From: an uncultured Oligoflexus sp.
GTDB taxonomy: Bacteria > Bdellovibrionota_B > Oligoflexia > Oligoflexales > Oligoflexaceae
DNA length: 41,944 nucleotides
Assembly: GCA_964236955.1 (NCBI GenBank)
Contig: CAXSGP010000034.1
Coordinates: 1 to 41,944 of the forward strand
Direction of reading: 5' to 3'
The notes below the pieces were generated by a model. That model worked only from the letters and a program-made list of their open reading frames with translations, did no database searches and was not told the DNA's origin. Made by a program: the position numbers and the translations under genes. Each line of letters begins with the position of its first letter. The first letter of the stretch is position 1. Shown one piece after another: positions 7,998 to 17,606 of this stretch.

Positions 7998-9494
7998 ATG
8001 GCGACTGATAAATTTACAATGATGGATCTCCTTGAGTTTGATGCTCAGATGGCGCGTGATTCTTTGGCTGAACCCGAGACTCTCATCAAACGCGACCGGG
8101 GCTTGCGAAGACTTGTCCAGGCCGATGATAAACGGCGCACTCTGCTACTGTGGACACGTGAACTTGCCATGCAGGAGGGATCCAAACTGGGGACGACAGT
8201 CCAAAGTAGCTATGACGTCTCAGCTTTTTTGGCCATAATCCTGGGTATCGTTTCGGGATCGGGCTTGATCAACGCTCTGCTCCACTATGATGGCACACAG
8301 CCGGTGAACGTGATTCCAATCCTGGCGTTTTATGCGGTTTTACAGATCTTTCTTCTCATTAATTATGCTTTCAAGGCTTTCATCTACCGGCTCTTCAAAA
8401 AACTCCCGGGTGGCGCTCTTCTGTTCTTTCTTAAGGAAGCAGCCCGGCGCTGGATAGAAAAGCGGGGCACTCTGTTGGCCTTGGGTAAACCCGATCAGCC
8501 TCTGGTCAGGGCTTTCCTGCAGCGCCTCAGTCAACTGCGTCGCCCGCTCTTACAAAACCACGGCTGGAAACTTTTTCAGTCTTTTGGGATCGCCTGTCAT
8601 GGCGCTTCCTTGCTTACCTTCATCGGGCTCATCCTGTTCAATGACTATACCTTTGGCTGGCGCACGACGCTTCACCTCGATCCCGTCCTGCTTCATCGCA
8701 TCGTAAACGTTCTCGCCTGGCCCTTCGCCTGGCTTGGAGATTTTACAAGCCCGAGCATGGAAGTGCTTCGAAATAGCCAATTCAGTCGTTTTCAAAAAGG
8801 TTTTACGCCACACGAAAACATCGATTTCGGCGCGCGGTCCACAGCTGCCTGGTGGCCCTTTCTCGCTCTCGTGATTGGCTTCTATGGCCTATGGGTCCGA
8901 ATCGGACTTTGGTGGATCCTGAGCCTTTCGATCAGGCGCGAACTTCAGCATCTGGAACTGAATGACTTTAGCAGCGAAGCTCTGTGGCAGCGCCTAAGTG
9001 AAGAGAAGGCAGCGTGGACCAGCAAAGGCCCCCTGGAATCACAGCCGACGCCGTCCGATCAAGCTCTCTTCCAGCATAGTAAGCTGCTGCCCCGCGACTG
9101 CATCGTCTTGCGCTGGCGCGATCTTCCCGCCGGGGATGCCCCAATCAAAGAATTTCTTGAAAGAAATTTCGCGTTGCAAACCCAGTCTATAATCAACGGC
9201 AACGGCCTTCCTGGAGAGATTGACGAGATCACCAGAGCCCTCCAGTCGCGAAGCGATCTCGTGCTGGTCGTGGCCGCCGATCCCTGGGAGCTACCGGGAG
9301 AGGCACTCGATAGAATCCGTCAGGCTTTGCGAACCCGTGTCAGCAAAAACCTTCTCCTCCTGTTCGCCCCTCTCGATTCCGCTGCCGGGCATCTGGAAAT
9401 TTCAAAATCAATCGACAGGATCGCCTGGAAACATGCAATTCAAGCCTTCCGGGATCCTTATCTGGGCCTTTTAGAAGCGAAGGACAATTTATGA
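7998..9494 (+). CDS. DUF2868-family membrane protein
   Basis: Several TM helices, YDGTQPVNV, YTFGWRTTL, WWPFL...FYGL; paired with downstream GTPase. Confidence 0.75.
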   Translation: MATDKFTMMDLLEFDAQMARDSLAEPETLIKRDRGLRRLVQADDKRRTLLLWTRELAMQEGSKLGTTVQSSYDVSAFLAIILGIVSGSGLINALLHYDGTQPVNVIPILAFYAVLQIFLLINYAFKAFIYRLFKKLPGGALLFFLKEAARRWIEKRGTLLALGKPDQPLVRAFLQRLSQLRRPLLQNHGWKLFQSFGIACHGASLLTFIGLILFNDYTFGWRTTLHLDPVLLHRIVNVLAWPFAWLGDFTSPSMEVLRNSQFSRFQKGFTPHENIDFGARSTAAWWPFLALVIGFYGLWVRIGLWWILSLSIRRELQHLELNDFSSEALWQRLSEEKAAWTSKGPLESQPTPSDQALFQHSKLLPRDCIVLRWRDLPAGDAPIKEFLERNFALQTQSIINGNGLPGEIDEITRALQSRSDLVLVVAADPWELPGEALDRIRQALRTRVSKNLLLLFAPLDSAAGHLEISKSIDRIAWKHAIQAFRDPYLGLLEAKDNL

Positions 9495-10876
9495 TTCCGA
9501 GTTTTGCCGTCGTCGGCCGTTCCAACAAAGGTAAATCAAGTATAGTCGCGACACTGACGGAAAATGATCGTATCGCCGTGGCGGCCACGCCCCGGACCAC
9601 GACCTATTCCCAGGAATTTACCTTGGAAGTTGATGATAAGCCTTTGTTTAAAGTGTTTGACACTCCGGGATTCGAAGAGGCCCCGGCTATCCTTGAATGG
9701 TTAAAATCGGTTCCTGTCACCGCAAATGCCCGTCGCGAAAGAGTCCAGGAATTTTATCGGACCTTTGCCAAGAGCGGCCAGTATCGTTACGAGTGCGAAC
9801 TCTTAAAACCAATTTTGGACGGCGCTGCTATTCTTTATGTAGCGGACGCAAGTCATCCCTATCGGCCCAACTTTGAAAGTGAGTTTGAGATTCTGCAATG
9901 GACTGGTCAACCTTCGCTGGCCCTGCTCAATCAAATCGGTGAGGGCAACTATGAAGCGGATTGGAAGAGAGCTTTGGAGCAGTATTTCCGCAAAGTCCTG
10001 ACCTTCAATGCTCACACCTCCTGGGTTCATGATCGCATTCAGCTCATCGAAGAACTTACCTTTCTCAGTGATACGACCCGGGAGCCCTTGAAGATAGCGG
10101 TCAAAGCCATGAAGCGGCAGCTCGATAACAGGCTGCGGGATGCGGCGCGGGTAATCAGTCATATGATACTGGAAAGCCTTCGCTTTAAACTGCAGCTTCC
10201 CGAGGCCCACGATTCTCGCGAAGATGAGTATGTGATTGCCTTTTTCAATGCCCTTCGTGAGCTTGAAGCCAAGAGCCGTAAAGACATCACGGCCCTCTTT
10301 GGCTTTCATGATCTTAACTATATGGATTCCCAACTGGTCCAGGCAGGCATCGATGAGGATTTATTCAGCAAGGAGACCTGGGAGGTCTTCGGACTCAATC
10401 GCAAAGAGATCCTCGCGGTCGGGGCCGCATCAGGCGCTATCGCCGGAGGCACTCTCGATGCCATGGTCGGCGGCGCCTCGTTCATGGTAGGCACCGGCAT
10501 AGGCAGCCTGATCGGAAGTTTAAGTTCGGCCTATCTTGCCTATTCCGATCCTGAAATTGCCGGCTTCAAACTCGGCAGAAAAAAGCGGACGATAGGGCCC
10601 TATAAAAACCCCAATTTTCCCTGGATCCTGATCGACCGGCAAATAGCCTTTGTCAAGGCCCTGATGCAAAGAACCCATGCCCAGCGGGGCGATATGCACG
10701 GCGGCGTTGAAGGGCGACAGGGCATCTCCTCGCATATGAGCACCAAGGATAAGGCGCGCCTTGGGTTTATTTTCCAAAGCCTGCGCTGGAACGTTAAACT
10801 CAGAAGTTTTGAAGAAAGTCTTGAGATGGAAGTTCTGCATTTCCTGTTTGAACTTAAAGGGACAATGGAGAAATGA
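9491..10876 (+). CDS. P-loop GTPase with DUF3482 domain
   Basis: G1 VVGRSNKGKSS, G2 TPRTT, G3 DTPGFE; C-terminal Gly-rich hydrophobic hairpin; ATGA overlap with upstream gene. Confidence 0.8.
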   Translation: MIPSFAVVGRSNKGKSSIVATLTENDRIAVAATPRTTTYSQEFTLEVDDKPLFKVFDTPGFEEAPAILEWLKSVPVTANARRERVQEFYRTFAKSGQYRYECELLKPILDGAAILYVADASHPYRPNFESEFEILQWTGQPSLALLNQIGEGNYEADWKRALEQYFRKVLTFNAHTSWVHDRIQLIEELTFLSDTTREPLKIAVKAMKRQLDNRLRDAARVISHMILESLRFKLQLPEAHDSREDEYVIAFFNALRELEAKSRKDITALFGFHDLNYMDSQLVQAGIDEDLFSKETWEVFGLNRKEILAVGAASGAIAGGTLDAMVGGASFMVGTGIGSLIGSLSSAYLAYSDPEIAGFKLGRKKRTIGPYKNPNFPWILIDRQIAFVKALMQRTHAQRGDMHGGVEGRQGISSHMSTKDKARLGFIFQSLRWNVKLRSFEESLEMEVLHFLFELKGTMEK

Positions 10877-11105
10877 AAATCATCGCTAGCCTATGCCCCT
10901 TAAAAAATCTTGGCCGTGCTTTGACCTGGAACGGATCGACCGTTTGCGTCTGTTTGCGGGGCCGTATCCAGGCTGCTTTTAGCATTTTTGGCCTATGCAG
11001 GAGAAAAGTCCTGTAGCCATAGGCCAGCAACCTGTAGGAAATTTCCCTCAGGCAGGAATGGAATCAACCCCATAAAATGACACGCAATAATCTTTTTTAG
11101 ATAAA

Positions 11106-11121
11106 AGGAACAGATCTTGCT
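11106..11121 (+). promoter_or_regulatory. Candidate sigma-54 (-24/-12) promoter
   Basis: AGGAACAGATCTTGCT has GG-N10-GC spacing with TTGCT; palindromes upstream at 10996-11015 and 11033-11050. Confidence 0.5.
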
Positions 11122-11159
11122 CCCCGTGCTGGGACGGTAACGCTTAACGGAGAAACCCC

Positions 11160-11852
11160 ATGCAAAGCCAGACTGCACTTTCCAGTCAAACCCAAAATTC
11201 TCTCGGCGACTTTCAGGTGATGCTCCGCGATTATATATCAAATATGGGTTTTCCCTGTGTCGGGGCGAAGACTGCTTTAGCCAAGCAGCAGGTTGAAATC
11301 TGTGCCGCGGATTCAATTTTCGCCAACCATAGCGATGACAAAATCCTGCAGGGGCTTTACCAGTTTATCGCCGACTATAAAAAGGATGAGGCGATCTTTC
11401 GAAGTTTTATCGTCGTCTTTAATGATAAGGACCCGATGGGCGAAGAAGATTTTGAATCGGCCTTATGGACCAGGCTCCAAAGTCTCCACGACAAGGATAT
11501 TTATCCATGGGATGAGGCCGTGAGTCAAAATCCCGACGATAAGACCTTTAGCTTCAGTGCCGGCAATAAAGCCTTTTATATCGTTGGCATGCATCCAGGC
11601 AGCAGCAGAAAGGCGAGACAATTTCCCTTGCCGGCCCTGGTGTTTAACCTGCATGAACAATTCGAGCAGCTGCGGGCAAGCGGTCAGTATCAAAACATAC
11701 GTTCGCTCATCAGGCGCCGCGACAAATCCTATTCAGGCAGCACCAACCCCATGCTTGAGGATTTTGGTGAAAAGTCTGAGGCGTTACAGTATAGCGGCCG
11801 CCAGGTCGGTGAGGAATGGAAGTGCCCATTTCATAATAAAGGAATGCATTGA
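11160..11852 (+). CDS. YqcI/YcgG family protein (DcsA/GntA-like heme-dependent guanidino N-hydroxylase)
   Basis: FPCVGAK, FSFSAG, VGMHPGSSRKAR, LVFNLHEQFEQLR, QYSGR, terminal WKCPFH. Confidence 0.85.
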   Translation: MQSQTALSSQTQNSLGDFQVMLRDYISNMGFPCVGAKTALAKQQVEICAADSIFANHSDDKILQGLYQFIADYKKDEAIFRSFIVVFNDKDPMGEEDFESALWTRLQSLHDKDIYPWDEAVSQNPDDKTFSFSAGNKAFYIVGMHPGSSRKARQFPLPALVFNLHEQFEQLRASGQYQNIRSLIRRRDKSYSGSTNPMLEDFGEKSEALQYSGRQVGEEWKCPFHNKGMH

Positions 11853-12439
11853 TGCCAAAGGTTATCCCTCCAAGAACGGGTACCGCTTTTCTTCTCCCGC
11901 GAGGCAGTCAGCTTAAGATTATCGATCCCCTTGGCGAACAGGTTTGCGATTTGCTCTGCTTCAATCAGCAGGATCGCCGTGAAGTCCTGTCGTCCGGTCG
12001 AACTCTTGACTATAATAACAAAATCTTTCTTTCCGCAGGGGATCGCTTTTATTCGAACCGGAGTCAGGTGATGTTTGAAATCATCGAAGACACGGTCGGT
12101 CGCCATGATTTCCTCCTTACTCCCTGCAGCGCCGATACCTTTCGTATCATCTACGGCCATGAACACCCGCACCGGGGCTGTTTCGGTAACCTCGAAGCGG
12201 CCTTAGAGCAATATGGAATCGCTGCGGATGATATTCCCACCAGCTTCAATGTGTTCATGAACGTTGCCATCGATGGCAAAACCGGTGAACTTAAAGTCGA
12301 GGCACCTAAAAGCAAAGCCGGTGATTTTATCATTATCAAGGCCGAAATGGATCTTATCGTCGGCTTGACTGCCTGTTCCGCCGAGCAATCCAATAACTAT
12401 TCATTCAAACCCATAGAATATCAAATTTTAAACCCCTGA
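11852..12439 (+). CDS. DUF1989 / urea carboxylase-associated (YcgI-like) protein
   Basis: IIDPLGEQVCD, DTVGRHDFLLTPCS, GCFGNL, FNVFMNV, LTACS; TGATG overlap with upstream gene. Confidence 0.85.
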   Translation: MPKVIPPRTGTAFLLPRGSQLKIIDPLGEQVCDLLCFNQQDRREVLSSGRTLDYNNKIFLSAGDRFYSNRSQVMFEIIEDTVGRHDFLLTPCSADTFRIIYGHEHPHRGCFGNLEAALEQYGIAADDIPTSFNVFMNVAIDGKTGELKVEAPKSKAGDFIIIKAEMDLIVGLTACSAEQSNNYSFKPIEYQILNP

Positions 12440-12467
12440 GCGCCGGTGCTCTCCCAAAAGGCAAACA

Positions 12468-13478
12468 ATGAGTGTGATGAAATCGCATCCTCCTCTGATC
12501 AGTGTGAGTCCCCGAGGCCTTTACTGTCAAAGGGGGGAATTTTACATCGATCCATGGGAGCCTGTTGATGTCGCCCTCATTACTCACGCCCACAGCGATC
12601 ATGCCCGCCAAGGCTCCAAACTCTATCATATCACCGAGGGCAGTCTTGGCATCATTCAGCGGCGACTTGGAATAGAAGGTATATACAGAACTCACCGCTA
12701 CGGCCAAGGCTTTACGCTCGGTGATGTCCTGGTGTCCTTTCATTCGGCCGGGCACATTCTCGGATCAGCCCAGATTCGCCTTGAGTGTGATGGCGAGGTT
12801 TGGGTGGTCTCCGGCGATTACAAACGGGATCCCGATCCAACCTGCACACCCTTTGAAGTGGTGCCTTGTGATATGTTCATCACGGAGTCTACCTTTGGTC
12901 TGCCGATCTTTGTCTGGCGATCGATAGAGGAAGAGGCGCACGCTGTGTTTCGCTGGTGGCAAAAGAATCAGTCTCAGGGGCGAAATTCCATCCTGGGCTG
13001 CTACGCTCTCGGCAAATCGCAGAGGGTGCTACACGCGTTGGCCGCCTTTAGCGATCAACCGGTTCTCCTGCATGGCGCCACGCAGTCCCTTGTCGATCTT
13101 TATCGGGAGCAGGGCGTGTCTTTGATAAAAACCCTGCCGGCAAGTGACTTTCAAAAAGGCCAAACCGGGCAACTTATCCTCGCACCGCCAGCAGCGATCG
13201 CAAGTACCTGGGCACGAAAGTTCGGAAGCTTCGAAACAGGCTTTGCCTCCGGCTGGATGCGCATTCGGGGTAATCGGCGAAGGAAGGGTTATGACCAGGG
13301 TTTCGTTATTTCCGATCATGCGGACTGGCCCGCGCTTTTGCAGACGGTGAGAGAAACCGGCGCGAAAAAAATATTTGTCACCCATGGCTATACGGATGAA
13401 CTTTCGCGATTCCTTCGCCAGCAGGGACACGCTGCCGAACCGCTGGAAACGCTTTTCATGCGGGATGAGGAGGGCTGA
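12468..13478 (+). CDS. Ligase-associated DNA damage response exonuclease (MBL/beta-CASP fold)
   Basis: ITHAHSDH, AGHILGSAQ, SGDYKR, ITESTFGLP, YALGKSQR, ASGWM, SDHADW, VTHG. Confidence 0.92.
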   Translation: MSVMKSHPPLISVSPRGLYCQRGEFYIDPWEPVDVALITHAHSDHARQGSKLYHITEGSLGIIQRRLGIEGIYRTHRYGQGFTLGDVLVSFHSAGHILGSAQIRLECDGEVWVVSGDYKRDPDPTCTPFEVVPCDMFITESTFGLPIFVWRSIEEEAHAVFRWWQKNQSQGRNSILGCYALGKSQRVLHALAAFSDQPVLLHGATQSLVDLYREQGVSLIKTLPASDFQKGQTGQLILAPPAAIASTWARKFGSFETGFASGWMRIRGNRRRKGYDQGFVISDHADWPALLQTVRETGAKKIFVTHGYTDELSRFLRQQGHAAEPLETLFMRDEEG

Positions 13479-15082
13479 TGAAAAGATTAGTCGCACTCTT
13501 TGAAGCCATCGACACGACGACGAGTACCAACAATAAGATCACCGCACTTGCCGATTATTTTCGGATTGCCCCGCCGCGCGATGCAATATGGACCCTCTAT
13601 TATTTTCTAGGTCGCAAACAAAAACGACTGGTCAAACGGAAGGTCATTCAGACTGCCATTCAAGAGCTCAGCGGTCTCCCGGATTGGTTGTTTGAAGAAA
13701 GTTATAGCGCCGTTGGCGATCTGGCTGAAACTATTGCCCTCCTTACTGAAACTTTAGCCGGCAAAGCTTTCGTGGAACTTCCCCTCCATCAATGGATAGA
13801 AGAACGTCTGCCTCTGCTGACGAAGGTAAAGGATGACGAACAGAAAATTATTTTGCAAAACTGGTGGCGTGAACTTCCAACCACCGACGTGTTTATTCTC
13901 AATAAATTATTGACGGGCGGCTTTCGCTCCGGCGTTTCCGCCCGCCTGGTGGTGCGTGGACTGGCCCAGGCCTTTCAATGGGATGAAGCGATTATCAGCG
14001 AGAAACTTATAGGGGAATGGCCGGTCACGGAAGCGTGGTTTCTAGGTCTTGGATCGGCTGAACGTGAAGGTCTTTCCCTCTATCCCTACCCCTTCTGCCT
14101 GGCCTCGCCCACCGATGCCGATCCCGCCGAACTTGGCTCCATCTCGGACTTCGCGGTCGAATGGAAATGGGATGGAATAAGGGCTCAAATCGTCAAACGC
14201 CATAATCAGCTGGCAATCTGGTCGCGTGGTGAAGAGCTGGTGACCCAGAGTTTTCCGGAACTCCTTGCCCTTGGTGAATATCTCGGCGATGGAACCGTCC
14301 TCGATGGAGAAATTCTCCCCTTCGCAGACGAAAAGGTGCGTGCCTTTGCCGATCTCCAAAAAAGACTGCAACGCAAAAAAGTTTCGGAAAAAATGGTGCG
14401 CGAGCACCCCGTGGTATTCCTGGCCTTTGATTGTCTGGAAGTCGGCGGCATCGATCAGCGCGATCAACCCCTTTCCAAAAGACGTCAGGAGCTTGACGCA
14501 ATAGTTGGGGCGTTGAACTTACCGACTCTCCAATCATCAGGCCTTATCGATCGGCACAGCTGGGAGGAATTGGCCGCGATAAGAATGGAGTCGCGAATCC
14601 GCGGTGTCGAGGGGCTCATGCTCAAACGTTGGTCGAGCCTCTATCAGATGGGCCGCAGAAAAGGCGATTGGTGGAAATGGAAAATCGATCCCATGACGCT
14701 CGATGCCGTTATGCTTTACGCTCAGGCGGGCCATGGCAAACGCGCGAACCTTTATACCGACTACACCTTCGGCCTCTGGAAAGAGGGGCAACTGGTGCCT
14801 TTTGCAAAAGCTTACTCGGGCCTGACTCATGATGAGATCGTCAAACTTGATGGCTGGATCAGGAAAAACACTAAAGAACGATTTGGCCCGGTGCGTTCCG
14901 TTGAGGCGCAGAAAGTTTTTGAAATCGCCTTTGAAGGCATACAGGTCTCACCAAGGCATAAGGCTGGCATTGCTGTTCGTTTTCCGCGTATCCTGCGGGA
15001 GCGTTCGGATAAGAAGCCCGAGGATGCGGACAGCCTTGGGACCGCCATGGAGTTATTAAATGCCCCCCCGGAAAAAACCTGA
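13478..15082 (+). CDS. ATP-dependent DNA ligase (ligase-associated damage response type)
   Basis: EWKWDGIRAQ adenylation motif, LDGE, EGLMLK, WWKWK, AVRFPRI. Confidence 0.95.
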   Translation: MKRLVALFEAIDTTTSTNNKITALADYFRIAPPRDAIWTLYYFLGRKQKRLVKRKVIQTAIQELSGLPDWLFEESYSAVGDLAETIALLTETLAGKAFVELPLHQWIEERLPLLTKVKDDEQKIILQNWWRELPTTDVFILNKLLTGGFRSGVSARLVVRGLAQAFQWDEAIISEKLIGEWPVTEAWFLGLGSAEREGLSLYPYPFCLASPTDADPAELGSISDFAVEWKWDGIRAQIVKRHNQLAIWSRGEELVTQSFPELLALGEYLGDGTVLDGEILPFADEKVRAFADLQKRLQRKKVSEKMVREHPVVFLAFDCLEVGGIDQRDQPLSKRRQELDAIVGALNLPTLQSSGLIDRHSWEELAAIRMESRIRGVEGLMLKRWSSLYQMGRRKGDWWKWKIDPMTLDAVMLYAQAGHGKRANLYTDYTFGLWKEGQLVPFAKAYSGLTHDEIVKLDGWIRKNTKERFGPVRSVEAQKVFEIAFEGIQVSPRHKAGIAVRFPRILRERSDKKPEDADSLGTAMELLNAPPEKT

Positions 15083-17606
15083 GGCTTTACCGGTCTGGAC
15101 TCCCGCCGCCATGCGGGCCCGCGTTCGCCAGTGGATGCAAGGTAAAGGGTGGAAGCCCTTAGCCCATCAAGTTGCGATGTGGGACGCCATCGATCAGGGG
15201 GAAAGCGGGCTGCTCCAGATGCCTACCGGTGCGGGCAAAACCTATGCTGCGTTCTTTGGGCTCCTGCCCCATCTTGGTCAGGGCGAATCCGGTCTTTTGC
15301 TCCTCTATATCACGCCACTCCGGGCTTTGACGCGCGATTTGGAAAAATCGATTCGTCAGCCTTGCGAGGCTCTCGAACTTCCGCTGCAGATTGCCACGCG
15401 AACTGGCGATACCAAGGCATCCGTGCGGGCCCAGCAACGCCAGCGCCTCCCCCACGTCCTGCTTACCACACCCGAAAGCCTCGCTCTCCTGCTCAGCTAT
15501 CCCGATGCTCCGGAGCTCTTTAAAAATCTGAAGGCCATCATCGTCGATGAGTGGCATGAATTACTGGGTAGCAAACGGGGCTCCTTACTTGAACTTAATA
15601 TCGCGCGCCTGAGGCGCTTTAATCCCAAACTCCAATCATGGGCGCTGTCTGCGACGTTACAAAACTCTCTGGAAGCAGCAGGATCGATCGCCGGCACCGC
15701 CGTCACTCCGAGGCTCATCGTCGGCGAAAGAAACCGTAGCCTTTCGATAAGAACCCTTGTACCCGAAGGGGATGACAGGCTTCCCTGGGCGGGTCATCTT
15801 GGCCTGAGGCTCCTGCCCAAGGTGCTCTTAGACCTCAATCCCAAGGAATCGAGTCTGCTCTTTACCAACACCCGGTCTCAGGCTGAACGTTGGTATGAAG
15901 CAATCCTTTTATCAAGGCCCGAATGGCAGGACATTCTCGCGATTCATCACGGTTCTATCGACCTCAAGGAAAGGGAAAGGGTTGAAAACGGGATTAAGAC
16001 GGGCACGATTCGATTTGTGGTCTGCACGGCATCGCTCGATCTCGGCGTGGATTTCCCGGAGGTTGACAAGGTCTATCAGATCGGTTCTCCCAAGCAGATA
16101 GCCCGGCTTTTGCAAAGGGCCGGGCGATCCGCACATGCGCCCGGCAAAACCAGTCAGATGATATTCGTTCCCACCCACGCTCTGGAACTCCTTGAGATCG
16201 TTGCGGCACGTGAGGCGGTGCAGCTCGCGGAAATCGAAGCACGGTCCCCGCTTAAAAAGCCGCTCGACGTCCTGGCCCAACACCTCGTGACGTCGGCCTT
16301 ATCAGGAGGATTTGTGCCCGATGCTTTGTATCAAGAGGTTCATAGTGCCTACTCGTATCGGGATCTTTCGCGCGAGGAGTTTGATTGGGTCCTGAGTTTT
16401 GTTAGAGATGGCAGCGGCACACTTAAGGCTTATCCCCAGTATTGCAAAATCCTTTGGCAAGGCGATCGCTACGTCGTGAGCGATAAGAGGATAGAGATAA
16501 GGCACCGGCAAAATCTCGGCACCATCACCTCCGACGCCAGCATGCTTATAAAATTAGGGCGTGGGAAAACGCTTGGTACTATCGACGAATCCTTTCTGAC
16601 AAAGATGAAACAGGGCGAGAGTTTTCTCTTTGGCGGACGCTGGCTTGAACTCATCGCCATCAGGGATCTTACTGCCTATGTACGCATTGCCAAGAAAACC
16701 TATGGTCACGTCTCGGTGTGGTCGGGTACCAGTCTGCCCTGGTCGCCGGTCCTTAGCATGCGGCTCCGGGAGATCTGCGGTGCTATTGCCGAAGGCCATG
16801 AACCTCGGATCCGGGACCGGAAGGAGTTGACTGCACTTTCACCGATTATTCAGGCCCAGTCAGCGATATCCAGCTGGCCCCGTTCCGACGAGATTCTCAT
16901 CGAATTTGCGCAGAGCCGGGAGGGAACCCATATTTTTATCTATCCTTTCGAAGGCAAACCCACCCATGAAGGGCTTGGCCTTCTCATCACGACCCGGCTC
17001 AATCGCATCAAACCGATGAGCTGCATAGTCGCGGTCAATGATTATGGCCTTGAAATCGTCTGTTCCCGGACTGTGAAGCCGCAGGAGATTGACTGGAATG
17101 CAGTTCTAAGCCTCACCGACTGGCAAAAGGATGTCGACAACGGTCTTAATACCATCGAGCTTGAGAAGCGGCAATTTCGGGCCATCGCCCGCATCGCCGG
17201 ACTTGTCCTGCAGAATGTACCGGGAGCCGCCAAGTCCACGCGGCAAATTCAAACGAGTTCATCGCTGCTTTATGATGTCTTTGCCCGTTTTGACCCCGGC
17301 AATCTTCTGCTGCAACAGGCGCATGCCGAAGTTATGGAAGGTCACTTTGATCGAGAGCGTCTCGAGCGGACTCTCAAACGCCTCGGGGATGGACGCAGGC
17401 TGGTGAAAGTGTTAGATATGTTTTCGCCCCTGGGCTTTCCGCTGGTTCTCGAAAGAAGCAGCGTTCAACTATCATCTGAGACTGCAGGGGATCGTTTGGA
17501 GCGGGCAAGAGACGAATGGCAAAAAGCATTTCAACAGAGATATGGGGACAGAAGCTTACCCTATACGGGCGCAAAGCAGTCTACTGGCACGCGAAAAAAA
17601 CGCTGA
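15060..17606 (+). CDS. Lhr-like DEXH-box helicase (ligase-associated)
   Basis: PTGAGKT, YITPLRAL, TTPESL, IVDEWHEL, LSAT, HHGS, SLDLGVDF, QRAGRSAH. Confidence 0.93.
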   Translation: MPPRKKPEALPVWTPAAMRARVRQWMQGKGWKPLAHQVAMWDAIDQGESGLLQMPTGAGKTYAAFFGLLPHLGQGESGLLLLYITPLRALTRDLEKSIRQPCEALELPLQIATRTGDTKASVRAQQRQRLPHVLLTTPESLALLLSYPDAPELFKNLKAIIVDEWHELLGSKRGSLLELNIARLRRFNPKLQSWALSATLQNSLEAAGSIAGTAVTPRLIVGERNRSLSIRTLVPEGDDRLPWAGHLGLRLLPKVLLDLNPKESSLLFTNTRSQAERWYEAILLSRPEWQDILAIHHGSIDLKERERVENGIKTGTIRFVVCTASLDLGVDFPEVDKVYQIGSPKQIARLLQRAGRSAHAPGKTSQMIFVPTHALELLEIVAAREAVQLAEIEARSPLKKPLDVLAQHLVTSALSGGFVPDALYQEVHSAYSYRDLSREEFDWVLSFVRDGSGTLKAYPQYCKILWQGDRYVVSDKRIEIRHRQNLGTITSDASMLIKLGRGKTLGTIDESFLTKMKQGESFLFGGRWLELIAIRDLTAYVRIAKKTYGHVSVWSGTSLPWSPVLSMRLREICGAIAEGHEPRIRDRKELTALSPIIQAQSAISSWPRSDEILIEFAQSREGTHIFIYPFEGKPTHEGLGLLITTRLNRIKPMSCIVAVNDYGLEIVCSRTVKPQEIDWNAVLSLTDWQKDVDNGLNTIELEKRQFRAIARIAGLVLQNVPGAAKSTRQIQTSSSLLYDVFARFDPGNLLLQQAHAEVMEGHFDRERLERTLKRLGDGRRLVKVLDMFSPLGFPLVLERSSVQLSSETAGDRLERARDEWQKAFQQRYGDRSLPYTGAKQSTGTRKKR

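Noticed and set aside
10877..11159. Guanidine riboswitch upstream of DUF1989
   Set aside because: No paired ACGR-loop hairpins or ykkC/ykkC-III consensus recognisable by eye; a sigma-54 layout fits better. An Rfam scan would settle it.
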